Shown here in pieces: positions 17,187 to 27,184 of a stretch of 64,000 nt of DNA. The notes below the pieces were generated by a model, which made no database searches, was not told where the DNA came from, and was given only the letters and a program-made list of their open reading frames with translations. The stretch spans positions 256,001 through 320,000 of the forward strand of contig JAVZNE010000001.1 of NCBI GenBank assembly GCA_038882975.1, given 5' to 3'. Each line of letters opens with the position of its first letter. The first letter of the stretch is position 1. Both the position numbers and the translations under genes were made by a program. Origin of the DNA: Candidatus Bathyarchaeia archaeon (GTDB lineage: Archaea > Thermoproteota > Bathyarchaeia > Bathyarchaeales > Bathycorpusculaceae).

Positions 17187-18743
17187 ATGACTGCTGAAAG
17201 CGTTGTAGGCGAATACATTACAAGTCGTGAAATGCGGGCTTTAGAGTTGAACGCCGAATATTTTGGGGTTTCATTGCTTCAGCTTATGGAAAACGCTGGG
17301 CGAAACGTAGCCCAAGAAATAGCCAAAAGGTTCACACCGGACAAAAGAGTGGCGGTTTTCTGCGGTTTAGGAGGCAACGGAGGAGATGGTTTTGTTGCGG
17401 CAAGACACTTGTCTGCCATGGGTTTTAAGGTAACCGTTATCTTGGCTGGAAAGGCGAAAGAAATTTCTCATAAAGCGGCTTTAGAGAACTGGAAGGCTCT
17501 CCAATTCCTAAAGGAAAGCGTCACCATCCACGAGGTTTCTGATAGTGCACTAACGCCCAACGTGGAAGCGGATATCGTTGTGGACGCGCTGCTTGGAACT
17601 GGCACAAAGGGTAGGCTTAAGCCGCCAATACAGCAACTCGTTGAAAAAATTAACATGTTAAACGCCTTCAAGGTGGCTGTTGACGTGCCAACGGGCATAG
17701 ATTCCGATACTGGAGAAGTTTTAGGAACAGCTGTAAAGGCTAATTTGACAATAACCTTTTACAAGGCTAAGGCTGGCTTGGAGAAAGCCAAAGACTATGT
17801 TGGTGAACTACTCGTCAAGGATATAGGCTTGCCAAAAGAGCTTGAAAACTATGCTGGACCTGGAGATGTCAGCCTTGTTTTAAAACCGCGCCCTCCAGAA
17901 TCCCACAAAGGCGATTTTGGCAGACTGCTCGTGGTTGGTGGAAGCGAAACCTTTTCCGGAGCCCCAGCCTTGGTGGCACTCGCCGCCCTAAGAACTGGTG
18001 TCGACTTGGCTTATGTCGCCGCGCCCCACAAAACAGCCCATGACATCGCCGCCCTCGCACCAGACCTAATAACATTAAAACTTGACGGAGACCACCTGAA
18101 CATGGGCAACATTCCAGCCCTAAAAGCATATGTGGAAAAGGCTGATGCTGTTGCCATCGGCCCTGGATTGGGGCTTCACGCGGAAACAAAGGACGCTGTT
18201 AAAGCCCTAGTGGAGGTTGTTGAAGGCGCTGGCAAGCCCCTTTTGTTGGATGCTGACGGCTTAAAGGCTTTTTCAGAATTCAAGAGAAGGCTTAAAGTGC
18301 CAGCAGTGCTCACGCCTCATGCTGGAGAATACGCCATACTAACTGGGAAAGGGTTGCCGGAAAACTTGAAGGAGAAAGCCTTAGAAGCGCAGAAAACAGC
18401 CGCTGAGCTTGGCGTTGTGCTGCTCCTTAAAGGCGCAGTGGACATTATCGCAGATGAAAAACGCTTCAAACTCAATTTCACGGGTAATCCCGGCATGACA
18501 GTTGGCGGAACTGGAGACGTGCTTTCAGGCATTGTAGGCGCTTTCTTGGCTCAAGGCGCAGACCCTTTTGAGGCGGCGGTTGCCGGAGCCTTTGTGAACG
18601 GGGCTGCTGGAGACTTTGTTTTTGAGGAGAAGGGCTACCACATGGTGGCATCAGACCTTCTAGAATGGATTCCAAAAGTTTTGGACAACCCAATGAGCCA
18701 CTTAAAGGTGCAGAAGTTTAGTGCAACAGCAAAAACCAGTTAG
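17187..18743 (+). CDS. nnr: Bifunctional NAD(P)H-hydrate epimerase/dehydratase
   Basis: LMENAG, GGNGGDG, VDVPTG, HKGDFG, DADGL, TPHAGE, GGTGDVLSG. Confidence 0.95.
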   Translation: MTAESVVGEYITSREMRALELNAEYFGVSLLQLMENAGRNVAQEIAKRFTPDKRVAVFCGLGGNGGDGFVAARHLSAMGFKVTVILAGKAKEISHKAALENWKALQFLKESVTIHEVSDSALTPNVEADIVVDALLGTGTKGRLKPPIQQLVEKINMLNAFKVAVDVPTGIDSDTGEVLGTAVKANLTITFYKAKAGLEKAKDYVGELLVKDIGLPKELENYAGPGDVSLVLKPRPPESHKGDFGRLLVVGGSETFSGAPALVALAALRTGVDLAYVAAPHKTAHDIAALAPDLITLKLDGDHLNMGNIPALKAYVEKADAVAIGPGLGLHAETKDAVKALVEVVEGAGKPLLLDADGLKAFSEFKRRLKVPAVLTPHAGEYAILTGKGLPENLKEKALEAQKTAAELGVVLLLKGAVDIIADEKRFKLNFTGNPGMTVGGTGDVLSGIVGAFLAQGADPFEAAVAGAFVNGAAGDFVFEEKGYHMVASDLLEWIPKVLDNPMSHLKVQKFSATAKTS

Positions 18744-19248
18744 AATAGTCGTTTACCATGCTGGGCAATGCGACCCCAAAAAGTGCACAGCCCTAAAACT
18801 TAAACGCCACGGACTAATCCAGCTGGTCCATCAAATCAAACACCTGCCGAGAAGAGCCGTTGTCCTAAACCCCTACTCGAAAAGGGCTTTCTCGCCAGCG
18901 GACAAGGAACGCATAGCAAACTTTGGTTTGGCAGCCCTAGACTTCAGCTGGGAACATGCAGAAAAACCCCTACTAAAAAGCGTTCGGGGTACATCGCGCT
19001 GCCTACCATACCTAATAGCCGGCAATCCAGTCAATTTTGGCTGCCCAACAAAGCTCAGCACTGCTGAAGCCCTAGCCGCAGCCCTCTACATAGCCGGATA
19101 CCGCCAACAAGCCTTTAGGCTTTTGTCCATATTCAAGTGGGGACACACCTTCATAGAACTAAACAAGACAATGCTTGAAAGCTACGCAAAAGCAAAAAAT
19201 AGCGGCGAAATAGTGGAAATGCAGAAGCAGTGGATAAAAACCGTTTAG
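18721..19248 (+). CDS. tsr3: 16S rRNA aminocarboxypropyltransferase (DUF367)
   Basis: QCDPKKCTALKL, DFSW, LPYLIAGNPVNFG, LSTAEALAA, FKWGHTF. Confidence 0.93.
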   Translation: MQQQKPVRIVVYHAGQCDPKKCTALKLKRHGLIQLVHQIKHLPRRAVVLNPYSKRAFSPADKERIANFGLAALDFSWEHAEKPLLKSVRGTSRCLPYLIAGNPVNFGCPTKLSTAEALAAALYIAGYRQQAFRLLSIFKWGHTFIELNKTMLESYAKAKNSGEIVEMQKQWIKTV

Positions 19249-20366
19249 GATTGGCTTGTCTCCATGGTTTCGGGATTTTCCAAAAACTCTCTTATTGCGG
19301 CTAGGAACTTTGCCGCTGGTGCACCGTCAACAACCCTATGGTCAAAGACTAGGGTTAGGTAGCCAACCTTTCTCGGCTCTATACGTCCATCCTCCGTGAT
19401 GTAAGGTTCAGTTTCTATGCTTCCAAAAGCCAGTATCGCCGGATCCGGCGGATTAATTATCGGCGTAAAATATTGTATTCCTAGTGCTCCGAGGTTTGTG
19501 ACTGTGAAGTTGTGGTTTGACTGCTCCTCAAGGGTTATTTCGCCCCGGAAGCCCTTTTCTTGAAAATCGTTGATCCGCCGTGTTAGTTCTTGGATAGAAA
19601 GCCTATCCGCGCCCCTTATGACCGGCGCCATCAAGCCTTTTGGCGTGTCCACAGCCACAGCAATATTGATTTCCTCATGGTAAACGAGCTCTCCGCCCTC
19701 CAGTGTCACATTTAGGTTCTTGTGCTCTTGGAGGGCTAAGGCGACAGCTTTAACAGCATAAGCCGTGAAAGAGCCGCCCGTCTCCATCCTATGCTTGACA
19801 AGCTTGTCTGCGGCAAACTTTGTTGTTAGGGCTACGGGCAAAGCCTCATGGAAACCGGCACTAAGCCTCTGGGCAATGGCTTTTCTAATTCCGGCAAATG
19901 GAACTTTGCGCTCAACTGGTTTGGCTTCAGCCTCTGCCTCTGGAATGGCTATGCCTCTTTCCCGTGCCGCAAGCAAAACATCCTCCTTAGTTATTCTCCC
20001 TTCAGGACCAGTGCCCCTAATCTCTTCTAGGGATATGCCAAGCTGGGCTGCCAGCTTCTTTGCTAGTGGAGAAGCCTTAATCTCGACTGGTGCCGGTTTC
20101 TCAGCCCTTTCAATGGCTGGGGCTTTCTCCTCCACGCCTTCAATTTGGCATATGGGCTGACCAACCTTTACAACTTCGCCTGCCTTGCACAAGATTTTTG
20201 TTATTCTTCCAGTGTAAGGGGAGCGCACCTCAAAGGTGGTTTTTTCGCCTTCAGCTATGGCTATAACTTCGTCTACTTGAACAGTGTCGCCTTCCCGTTT
20301 CAGCCACTCGGCAATTATGCCCTCAGTCATTACCGGGTCTACTCTTGGAAAGACAATGACGGGCAT
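19245..20366 (-). CDS. 2-oxoacid dehydrogenase E2 (dihydrolipoamide acyltransferase)
   Basis: Lipoyl domain (EGEKTT), E3-binding ASPLAKKLA..GTGPEGRI, catalytic DHRVVDG. Confidence 0.95.
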   Translation of the reverse strand: MPVIVFPRVDPVMTEGIIAEWLKREGDTVQVDEVIAIAEGEKTTFEVRSPYTGRITKILCKAGEVVKVGQPICQIEGVEEKAPAIERAEKPAPVEIKASPLAKKLAAQLGISLEEIRGTGPEGRITKEDVLLAARERGIAIPEAEAEAKPVERKVPFAGIRKAIAQRLSAGFHEALPVALTTKFAADKLVKHRMETGGSFTAYAVKAVALALQEHKNLNVTLEGGELVYHEEINIAVAVDTPKGLMAPVIRGADRLSIQELTRRINDFQEKGFRGEITLEEQSNHNFTVTNLGALGIQYFTPIINPPDPAILAFGSIETEPYITEDGRIEPRKVGYLTLVFDHRVVDGAPAAKFLAAIREFLENPETMETSQS

Positions 20367-21364
20367 TAGTGCACCATCCTCCTTGCCGCCTCACATATCT
20401 TGTCGGCATTAACCAAATACTGGTTTTCCAGAGGCTGGGCAAAGGGTACTGGTAGGTCTGGCGAATTAACCCGTACTGGTGGAGCATCCAAATAGTCGAA
20501 GGCTTCCTCTACAATGCGGCTTATTATTTCGGCTGAAATCCCCCCAGTTTTTGTGCTGTCATCCGCCACCAGAAGCCTATTCGTTTTTTTAACAGAGCCC
20601 ACCAAGGTTTTCACGTCCAATGGGTTTAGTGTCATTAAATCCACAACTTCAGCGTTTATGCCTTCAGCTGAAAGCCTATCCGCCGCCGCAAGCGCCTCCC
20701 TAACGGTTCTGGAAAAAGCCACAATCGTTAAGTCTGAACCCTTCCGCTTTATGTCGGCTTGACCAATAGTGATTAGGTATTCGTCTTCTGGCACTGGACC
20801 CTTCCAGCTGTAGAGCACGCCGGACTCCACAAACAATACGGGGTCATTGCCTCTTATTGCAGACTTTAACAAGCCCTTGGCGTCTTTAGGAGTGCCGGGA
20901 AGCACCACCTTCAAACCCGGAACATTTAGAAACCAAGAAGCCAAAAACTGGCTGTGCTGGCAGCCATGAACCCTACCAAGGCTGTACTGCGTCCGAATAA
21001 CCATTGGGAGGCTTACTTGCCCACCGCTCATAAACCTTATTTTTGCTGCATGGGTTACCAGCTGGTCCATAGCTATGGTGATAAAATCCATATACATTAT
21101 CTCTGCAACAGGCTTTAATCCGGCGAGGGCGGCGCCTATGGCTGCGCCAACTATGGCGGCTTCTGATATGGGTGTGTCCCTAACCCTTTCTGGTCCGAAT
21201 TTTTCCAGCAGCCCCTTTGTGACTTTGTATACGCCTCCGAACACGCCTACGTCTTCGCCGAAGACTATTACGCGGTCGTCTCGTTCCATTTCCTCCCGCA
21301 ATGCCTCGTTTAGGGCTTCAGCGTAGCTTATCTCCCTAACCATGATGAGCCTCCTCTTCTGCAT
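20366..21364 (-). CDS. 2-oxoacid/acetoin dehydrogenase E1 beta subunit
   Basis: GEDVG..GG, DTPISE, QHSQ, AFDYLDAP. Confidence 0.95.
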   Translation of the reverse strand: MQKRRLIMVREISYAEALNEALREEMERDDRVIVFGEDVGVFGGVYKVTKGLLEKFGPERVRDTPISEAAIVGAAIGAALAGLKPVAEIMYMDFITIAMDQLVTHAAKIRFMSGGQVSLPMVIRTQYSLGRVHGCQHSQFLASWFLNVPGLKVVLPGTPKDAKGLLKSAIRGNDPVLFVESGVLYSWKGPVPEDEYLITIGQADIKRKGSDLTIVAFSRTVREALAAADRLSAEGINAEVVDLMTLNPLDVKTLVGSVKKTNRLLVADDSTKTGGISAEIISRIVEEAFDYLDAPPVRVNSPDLPVPFAQPLENQYLVNADKICEAARRMVH

Positions 21365-22367
21365 AGACTAGCTTCCAAAGCTCACTGAAATCAAGACATG
21401 ATGCTGCCTTCGCCTTCTCCACACAAACATCCAATACCTTTTCTATTTCCATGTTTAATGCTTCAAACTCCTCCTTTGTTATGATTCCAAGCTGCATGAG
21501 GTTGTTGGCAAATCTTTCTATAGGGTCTTTTCTCATCCATTCTTGAACCTCGTTTTGGGGACGGTATTCAGCCTTATCATACACACCGTGTCCCTTTTTA
21601 CGGTATGTTCTGCACTCAATAAAGGCTGGACCACAACCACTACGGATATGGGCTACTGCATCTTTTCCGCTTGTGTAAACGGCTATCACATCGTTTCCAT
21701 CCACCAAATAGGCTTTTATTCCATAACCTGAGGCGCGGGCGGCTATGCTTTCCCCGGCAAAAGACTTCTTGTGGGGAACCGAAAAGGCGTAAAAGTTGTT
21801 TTCGCAGACAAACAAGACTGGAAGCTTCCAAACAGCCGCCAAGTTTAATGCTTCATGGAAGGCGCCGGTGTTCACAGCACCATCGCCGAAGAAAACAGCC
21901 ACAATCCGGCTGCTCTTTCGATATTGCAGTGCCAATCCTACGCCCACGGCTATTGGTATGCCTCCGCCAACAATCGCCGAAGCAAGCAATATGTTATGCT
22001 CTAGGCTCATGGCAGAGTGCATAGAACCGCCCAAACCCTTGCAAGTGCCAGTTTTTCTACCAAAAAGTTCAGCCATTAAGGCTTCAAATGGAACGCCGCG
22101 AGCTATGGCATGCCCATGCCCCCGATAAGTGGAAATTATAAAGTCTTCATCGTCCAAAGCTTTGATGACGCCAGCGGCAACCGCTTCTTGCCCAAGATAT
22201 AGGTGGCATGGACCAATAAGCTGCCCTTCGAAAAACAGCCTCTCAACTCGCTCCTCAAATTTTCGCATTTCACACATTTTCCTTAAAAACCACAGAAAGT
22301 CATCGCGTGACAAGCCTGAGGTTGAATATTTTTCGGCTGGAACCTCGCCTATAAATTCTACGCTCAT
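21336..22367 (-). CDS. 2-oxoacid/acetoin dehydrogenase E1 alpha subunit
   Basis: HLYLGQEA, TPP-binding GDGA...ENN, YR..GH. Confidence 0.95.
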   Translation of the reverse strand: MSVEFIGEVPAEKYSTSGLSRDDFLWFLRKMCEMRKFEERVERLFFEGQLIGPCHLYLGQEAVAAGVIKALDDEDFIISTYRGHGHAIARGVPFEALMAELFGRKTGTCKGLGGSMHSAMSLEHNILLASAIVGGGIPIAVGVGLALQYRKSSRIVAVFFGDGAVNTGAFHEALNLAAVWKLPVLFVCENNFYAFSVPHKKSFAGESIAARASGYGIKAYLVDGNDVIAVYTSGKDAVAHIRSGCGPAFIECRTYRKKGHGVYDKAEYRPQNEVQEWMRKDPIERFANNLMQLGIITKEEFEALNMEIEKVLDVCVEKAKAASCLDFSELWKLVYAEEEAHHG

Positions 22368-22465
22368 GATGGTGTGCCACCTTTCCAGAGTTTAGAGACT
22401 TTAGCATTTATAAAGGTTGGAGCACCTAAAATTTCACATTCAACGGCTAATAGGGGAAGAAGCAA

Positions 22466-23617
22466 ATGTTCGAAAGGGAGCTTCTCATGATTCCAGGTCC
22501 AACAAATGTTGTCCCTTCGGTTTTGCGTGCCATGTGCAAGCCTCCTTTGTCGCATACAAGTCAAGAATTCGCATCCATATTTAAGGAAGCCCTAAACGGT
22601 TTGAAGAGGGTTTTCATGACTGAAAGTGACGTTTTTGTTGTGGCTGGCTCTGGAACTCTAGCTCTAGAGATGGCGGTAGCCAACATTTTGGAGCCCGGCG
22701 ACAAGGTGCTTAACGCTGTTTCGGGGTTTTTTGGGCAGTATTTCGTTGAAATGTGCAAGGTTTATGGCGCGGTTCCCCGTGTTTTAGAAGTGCCATATGG
22801 CATGGCTGTAAAGCCGGAGCAAGTTAGGGAAGCCCTAAAAGAGGGTGGTTTTAAGGCTGTCACTGTTACTCATGTGGAAACTTCAACAGGTGTGGCAAAT
22901 CCAATAAAAGAGATAGGTGAAGTTGTGCGGAAGTACAGCGACGCCTTCTACATCGTTGACACCGTCTGCTCGCTTGGCGGGATGGAAGTCCGCGTAGATG
23001 ACTGGGGCATAGACGTTTGTGTTTCGGGTTCACAGAAATGTGTAGGCGTTCCACCCGGATTGGCTTTTGTGGCTGTTAGCCAAAAAGCCTTAGAGTACTT
23101 GGAGAGACGCAAAACGCCTGTTGGCTCGTGGTACGGCAGCTTTAAGAATTGGCTTCCAGTTATGCGGGACCCGACGAGGTATTTTGCAACTCCGCCCGTG
23201 AACATGATTTACGCTTTGCATGAAGCTTTAAGGCTTGTACTTGATGAGGGATTGGAAAACCGTTTTAGAAGGCATTATATTTTGGCTGAAGCTTTTAGAG
23301 CCGCCATGAACGCTTTAAACCTTAAAATTGTGGCGGAAAGGGGATACGAGGCGGATACTGTTACAGCCGTTTATTATCCAGAGGGCATAGATGACAACCT
23401 ATTCAGAGGCGAAATGAAGAAGTGTGGAATTGTTGTGGCTTCAACCCTTGGACCGTTGAAGGGGAAGGGCTTCCGGGTTGGGCACATGGGAAATGTGAAC
23501 CAAAATGACATAGCCGCCACAATATCCGCAATAGAAGCAACGCTGAAACGCTTCGGATACAATGTCAGTCTTGGGAGTGGAGTGAAAGCTGCTGAAGATA
23601 AAATCCTCTCAGCCTAA
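22466..23617 (+). CDS. Class V PLP aminotransferase (alanine-glyoxylate/serine-pyruvate type)
   Basis: LMIPGPT, HVETSTG, VDTVCSLGG, SGSQKC, FRVGHMG. Confidence 0.93.
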   Translation: MFERELLMIPGPTNVVPSVLRAMCKPPLSHTSQEFASIFKEALNGLKRVFMTESDVFVVAGSGTLALEMAVANILEPGDKVLNAVSGFFGQYFVEMCKVYGAVPRVLEVPYGMAVKPEQVREALKEGGFKAVTVTHVETSTGVANPIKEIGEVVRKYSDAFYIVDTVCSLGGMEVRVDDWGIDVCVSGSQKCVGVPPGLAFVAVSQKALEYLERRKTPVGSWYGSFKNWLPVMRDPTRYFATPPVNMIYALHEALRLVLDEGLENRFRRHYILAEAFRAAMNALNLKIVAERGYEADTVTAVYYPEGIDDNLFRGEMKKCGIVVASTLGPLKGKGFRVGHMGNVNQNDIAATISAIEATLKRFGYNVSLGSGVKAAEDKILSA

Positions 23618-23628
23618 GGGCTGTAACC

Positions 23629-24252
23629 ATGGAGTCTATAACAGACTTTTACCTCTTCTTGGCTTCTGTGGTTTTCATATCCCTTTCAGGAGTTATGATG
23701 CCGGGACCAGTGTTCGCCGTGACAATAGCGAAGGGTTATAGGAGCAAAACCGCTGGCGTCTTAATAGCCCTCGGACACGGGGCTGTGGAGTTCCCGCTAA
23801 TCCTTCTCCTATATTTTGGGCTTTCATGGTTTTTCGCCTCTGCTCTCGTGCAAAAGATTATAGGCTTTGTCGGCGGAGCTGTGATGATTTACATGGGTTT
23901 TCAGACCTTTAAAACGAGAAGAGAAGCCGTTGCAGAGACAAGCCATTCTGGGCATGCCTCCTTCATTGCGGGTTTAATTGCAACCAGCGCAAACCCATAC
24001 TTCTTCTTTTGGTGGGCAACGGTTGGCGCAGCCCTCATTTTAACGGCCTCCACATTCGGCACTGTGGGATTGTTGGCTTTCGCCATTGTTCATTGGCTAT
24101 GCGACCTAGCATGGGACACCTTCGTTTCTGTAACGGTTTTCAAGTCAAGGCGCTTCTGGAATGAAAGAGTTTTCACAATAGTCTTTCTTTTCTGCTTTGC
24201 CGTCCTCGTGGTTTTCGGCTTATGGTTTATTATTTCGGCTTTATTGCGGTAG
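23629..24252 (+). CDS. LysE-family translocator
   Basis: SGVMMPGP, LGHG.VE, NPYFFFWW. Confidence 0.88.
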   Translation: MESITDFYLFLASVVFISLSGVMMPGPVFAVTIAKGYRSKTAGVLIALGHGAVEFPLILLLYFGLSWFFASALVQKIIGFVGGAVMIYMGFQTFKTRREAVAETSHSGHASFIAGLIATSANPYFFFWWATVGAALILTASTFGTVGLLAFAIVHWLCDLAWDTFVSVTVFKSRRFWNERVFTIVFLFCFAVLVVFGLWFIISALLR

Positions 24253-25638
24253 GTTGCCTACCTTTTTGAGCCTGTAACGCTCATAAATCAATTCGACGCG
24301 TTCGCCGTCAACAATGAATTCTACTGGAAGTTTGCCGCCAACCTGTATGGCGTAAAATCTTTTCACATTGCCTTCGATGTTTTCTGGGATTAATGGTATT
24401 ATCATGTCAGTGTATTTGTCGCAGATTTCTATTTGGAGAAGCCCGCCTTTAGGCACGACTTTGGCGTCCATGGTTCCCTTATAAGTCTGGTATAACCCGC
24501 CTAACAACTCGTAGGTTTTCTCGTATTTGATGAAGGGAAGCTCGTCGGGGTCTTTGTCCAGCAATAGAGCAAGCGCATACAATCCCATCTGCGATAGCGG
24601 ATAACCACTCCCATTAGCCAAAAGCGCCACACCAACCCGTTTTTCGGGTATATAGCCCATATAAGCTGTGTAAACAAGCACAGAGCCGCCGTGTCCAACA
24701 AGCTTGTAGCCGAAGAAGTTGGGGATTATGCTTAGTCCATAGCCGTAGGATTCTCCGCCGAAAACTTGAAGCGGCAACTTAACCCGTGGCTCCTCCATCT
24801 CTTTGATGGATTTTGAAGAAGCCAAAATGTTTCCATTATATTTCCCTCTGTTAAGGTACATGATAATGTAGCGTGCCAAATCGATAACGTTGCTTATCAG
24901 TCCTCCATCCGCATAAATCCCATAAGGAAAAACGGACTTTTTGGGCTCGCCATCTCTGGTGATAATGTATGGCGTTGCAACGTTAGCATCTGCCTCAACG
25001 TCTTCCCTACGGAAGAAGCTTCTATCCATCCCTAAGGGTTTAAGGATGTTCTCCCTAACGTAATTGTCATAGCTCACACCAGAAACTTTCTCGATGATGT
25101 GGCCCAAAATCACATATCCCTCATTCAGATAGAACCACCTTTCACCAGGCTTTGCCAAAGCCCACTGGCTCGCGTCCCGCATGAATGTGAAAAGGTCTTC
25201 TGCACTGGCGATGAGCACCCACTTGCCACCAGCCCCAGTCACATAGCGGATTAAGCCCTCAGCATAAGCCAGCGCTGGTATGCCGGAGGCGTGACAAAGC
25301 AGATGCCAAATTTTAACTGGTTTTTCGCCTTTAGGTTCCAAATTTAGTGGGATATACTTCCTAACAGGGTCGTCGAGGCTCAGCTTCCCCTTTTCCGCAA
25401 GCTGCATTATGGACAAGGCAGTAAAAGACTTCGTGACCGAACCAACGCCGTACAAGGTTTCTGACGTAGCCCTCAAGCCATAATCCAAGTCGCGGAAGCC
25501 AAAACCTCTTGTATAAGCTAATTCGCCCTTTTGAATTATTGCCAAGCTCAGTCCGGGAAGATGGGTTTTTGAAAGCCTTTCGAAAATGAATTCTTCCAGT
25601 CTGCCATAATTCATTTTGTTAACGCCTCCTCTCGCCAT
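24241..25638 (-). CDS. Serine hydrolase of the beta-lactamase/penicillin-recognising family (Pab87-like peptidase)
   Basis: SVTK (SxxK), YLN, HGG motifs plus a C-terminal beta domain ending YERY. Confidence 0.88.
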   Translation of the reverse strand: MARGGVNKMNYGRLEEFIFERLSKTHLPGLSLAIIQKGELAYTRGFGFRDLDYGLRATSETLYGVGSVTKSFTALSIMQLAEKGKLSLDDPVRKYIPLNLEPKGEKPVKIWHLLCHASGIPALAYAEGLIRYVTGAGGKWVLIASAEDLFTFMRDASQWALAKPGERWFYLNEGYVILGHIIEKVSGVSYDNYVRENILKPLGMDRSFFRREDVEADANVATPYIITRDGEPKKSVFPYGIYADGGLISNVIDLARYIIMYLNRGKYNGNILASSKSIKEMEEPRVKLPLQVFGGESYGYGLSIIPNFFGYKLVGHGGSVLVYTAYMGYIPEKRVGVALLANGSGYPLSQMGLYALALLLDKDPDELPFIKYEKTYELLGGLYQTYKGTMDAKVVPKGGLLQIEICDKYTDMIIPLIPENIEGNVKRFYAIQVGGKLPVEFIVDGERVELIYERYRLKKVGNLPQ

Positions 25639-25712
25639 TTTGATAAGCCAATGCCTGTTGATAAGCTTAAACCTTTAAAAGTCTAAGCAAACCATGACAA
25701 TAAACGGGGTTA

Positions 25713-26279
25713 GTGATGGCGGAGAAAATCGAATACCAGATTGGAAAGGCGAAATTGTGCCTAGTTCAAGGAGACATAACAGAAATGGAAACAGACGCCA
25801 TAGTCAACGCTGCAAACCCATCCCTAATGGGAGGCGGTGGAGTAGACGGAGCCATCCACAGAAAGGGCGGACCAAAAATCCTAGAAGAGTGCAAACGTAT
25901 AAGGGCGACTGAATGGCCCGACGGGCTCCCAACAGGAAAAGCCGTAATCACCACCGGCGGAAACCTAAAAGCCAAATATGTCATCCACACGGTTGGGCCG
26001 ATTTGGAAGGGAGGAAAAAGCGGGGAGCCAGAACTTTTGGCAGAAGCCTACCGCAACTCATTGGCACTCGCCGTCTCAAGGGGTTTAAAAACAATAGCCT
26101 TCCCATCAATAAGCACAGGCGCCTACGGATACCCCATCCAGGAGGCTTGCAAAGTAGCCCTAAAAACAGTTAAGGAGTTCTTGGAGAAGGAGGACAAACT
26201 GGAGAAAGTTGTTCTCGTCTTATACAGCAGGCACGACTTTGAAGTTTACAAGGAAGCGGCAAAAGAAATTCTGCAATAG
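25713..26279 (+). CDS. Macro-domain O-acetyl-ADP-ribose deacetylase
   Basis: GDIT, VNAAN, GGGVDGAIH, HTVGP, FPSISTGAYG. Confidence 0.93.
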   Translation: MMAEKIEYQIGKAKLCLVQGDITEMETDAIVNAANPSLMGGGGVDGAIHRKGGPKILEECKRIRATEWPDGLPTGKAVITTGGNLKAKYVIHTVGPIWKGGKSGEPELLAEAYRNSLALAVSRGLKTIAFPSISTGAYGYPIQEACKVALKTVKEFLEKEDKLEKVVLVLYSRHDFEVYKEAAKEILQ

Positions 26280-26284
26280 CAGCA

Positions 26285-26452
26285 TTAATATCTGATGTAG
26301 ACTTTGCCGCCAAGCTCCTCAACACTAGCCTTAAGCCTTTCCAAAACCTGCCTCATCTTGCCATTAACAGTTTCCTGCCACCCTTTAGGTCCGCCTGGAA
26401 CCCTAACCTCTATTATGCAGTAGTATTGTTCTCCCAAGCTCTTCCGGCTCAT
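26285..26452 (-). CDS. Small hypothetical protein, 55 aa (below the ORF-track cutoff)
   Basis: MSRKSLGEQYYCIIEVRVPGGPKGWQETVNGKMRQVLERLKASVEELGGKVYIRY*; ATG start, fills the gap. Confidence 0.55.
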   Translation of the reverse strand: MSRKSLGEQYYCIIEVRVPGGPKGWQETVNGKMRQVLERLKASVEELGGKVYIRY

Positions 26453-26565
26453 TTCTCTTTCTAAAAGAACATTTTGTGTTGGGAGACTTAAGTTGTGTGA
26501 ATTATCAGTATGAATTATTCATATTTTAAAGTCGGATTCCGAATAAACATAGCCTATTTAGCCTT

Positions 26566-27159
26566 TTAGCCTAAGTCAAGAACCAAGCCCGGCACCAAGC
26601 TCATGTACACTGGTTTTTGCAAGTTGCCTTCAATCAGAAGCGGGTCAATGTAGACGACCAAGGTTTTTCCACCAGCGTCTTCCGGAATTCTCCAAAACCT
26701 CTTCAGGTCTTTTTCAGCAAGCTTTTTCCTTCCTGCCAAATCTGATTGGAGGGCAAGCTCTATGGATTTCGTGTAAAAATCTGTTATGGCATAGTTCACA
26801 AGTCTCAGGTTAAATTTTAAGTCCTTGTCTCCAAGCTTCTCCTTTGTTTTAAGAGTTGCAACTATGGCTTTTTCAAAGTCTTTAAGGCTTTCCTCCTTCA
26901 AAATTATTAGGGGACAAACGAAGCTGGAAGCTTGGAGAAGCGAATCCAGAACCGGGTTTTCCACAATTTTTGGCAGCGTTAATAGCTTCTTCCATTTCAA
27001 ATCGATTTTTAGGGCTTCAGAAACACCAAGCTCTCTATACCTGAACTTTCTTTTAAGCCATTCAACCTCTTTTTCTGGAGAAACCCCTTTTGAAAGGTGG
27101 ATTATTCCCCTAAGGTTTTTTACAAGATACAGGTGTTGATGCTCTGGAATTGCGTCCAC
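26566..27159 (-). CDS. Hypothetical protein
   Basis: 197-aa ORF directly downstream of the ttuA-like gene; no motif recognised. Confidence 0.6.
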   Translation of the reverse strand: MDAIPEHQHLYLVKNLRGIIHLSKGVSPEKEVEWLKRKFRYRELGVSEALKIDLKWKKLLTLPKIVENPVLDSLLQASSFVCPLIILKEESLKDFEKAIVATLKTKEKLGDKDLKFNLRLVNYAITDFYTKSIELALQSDLAGRKKLAEKDLKRFWRIPEDAGGKTLVVYIDPLLIEGNLQKPVYMSLVPGLVLDLG

Positions 27160-27184
27160 AACATTTCTTTCAGCATTTAAAGGC

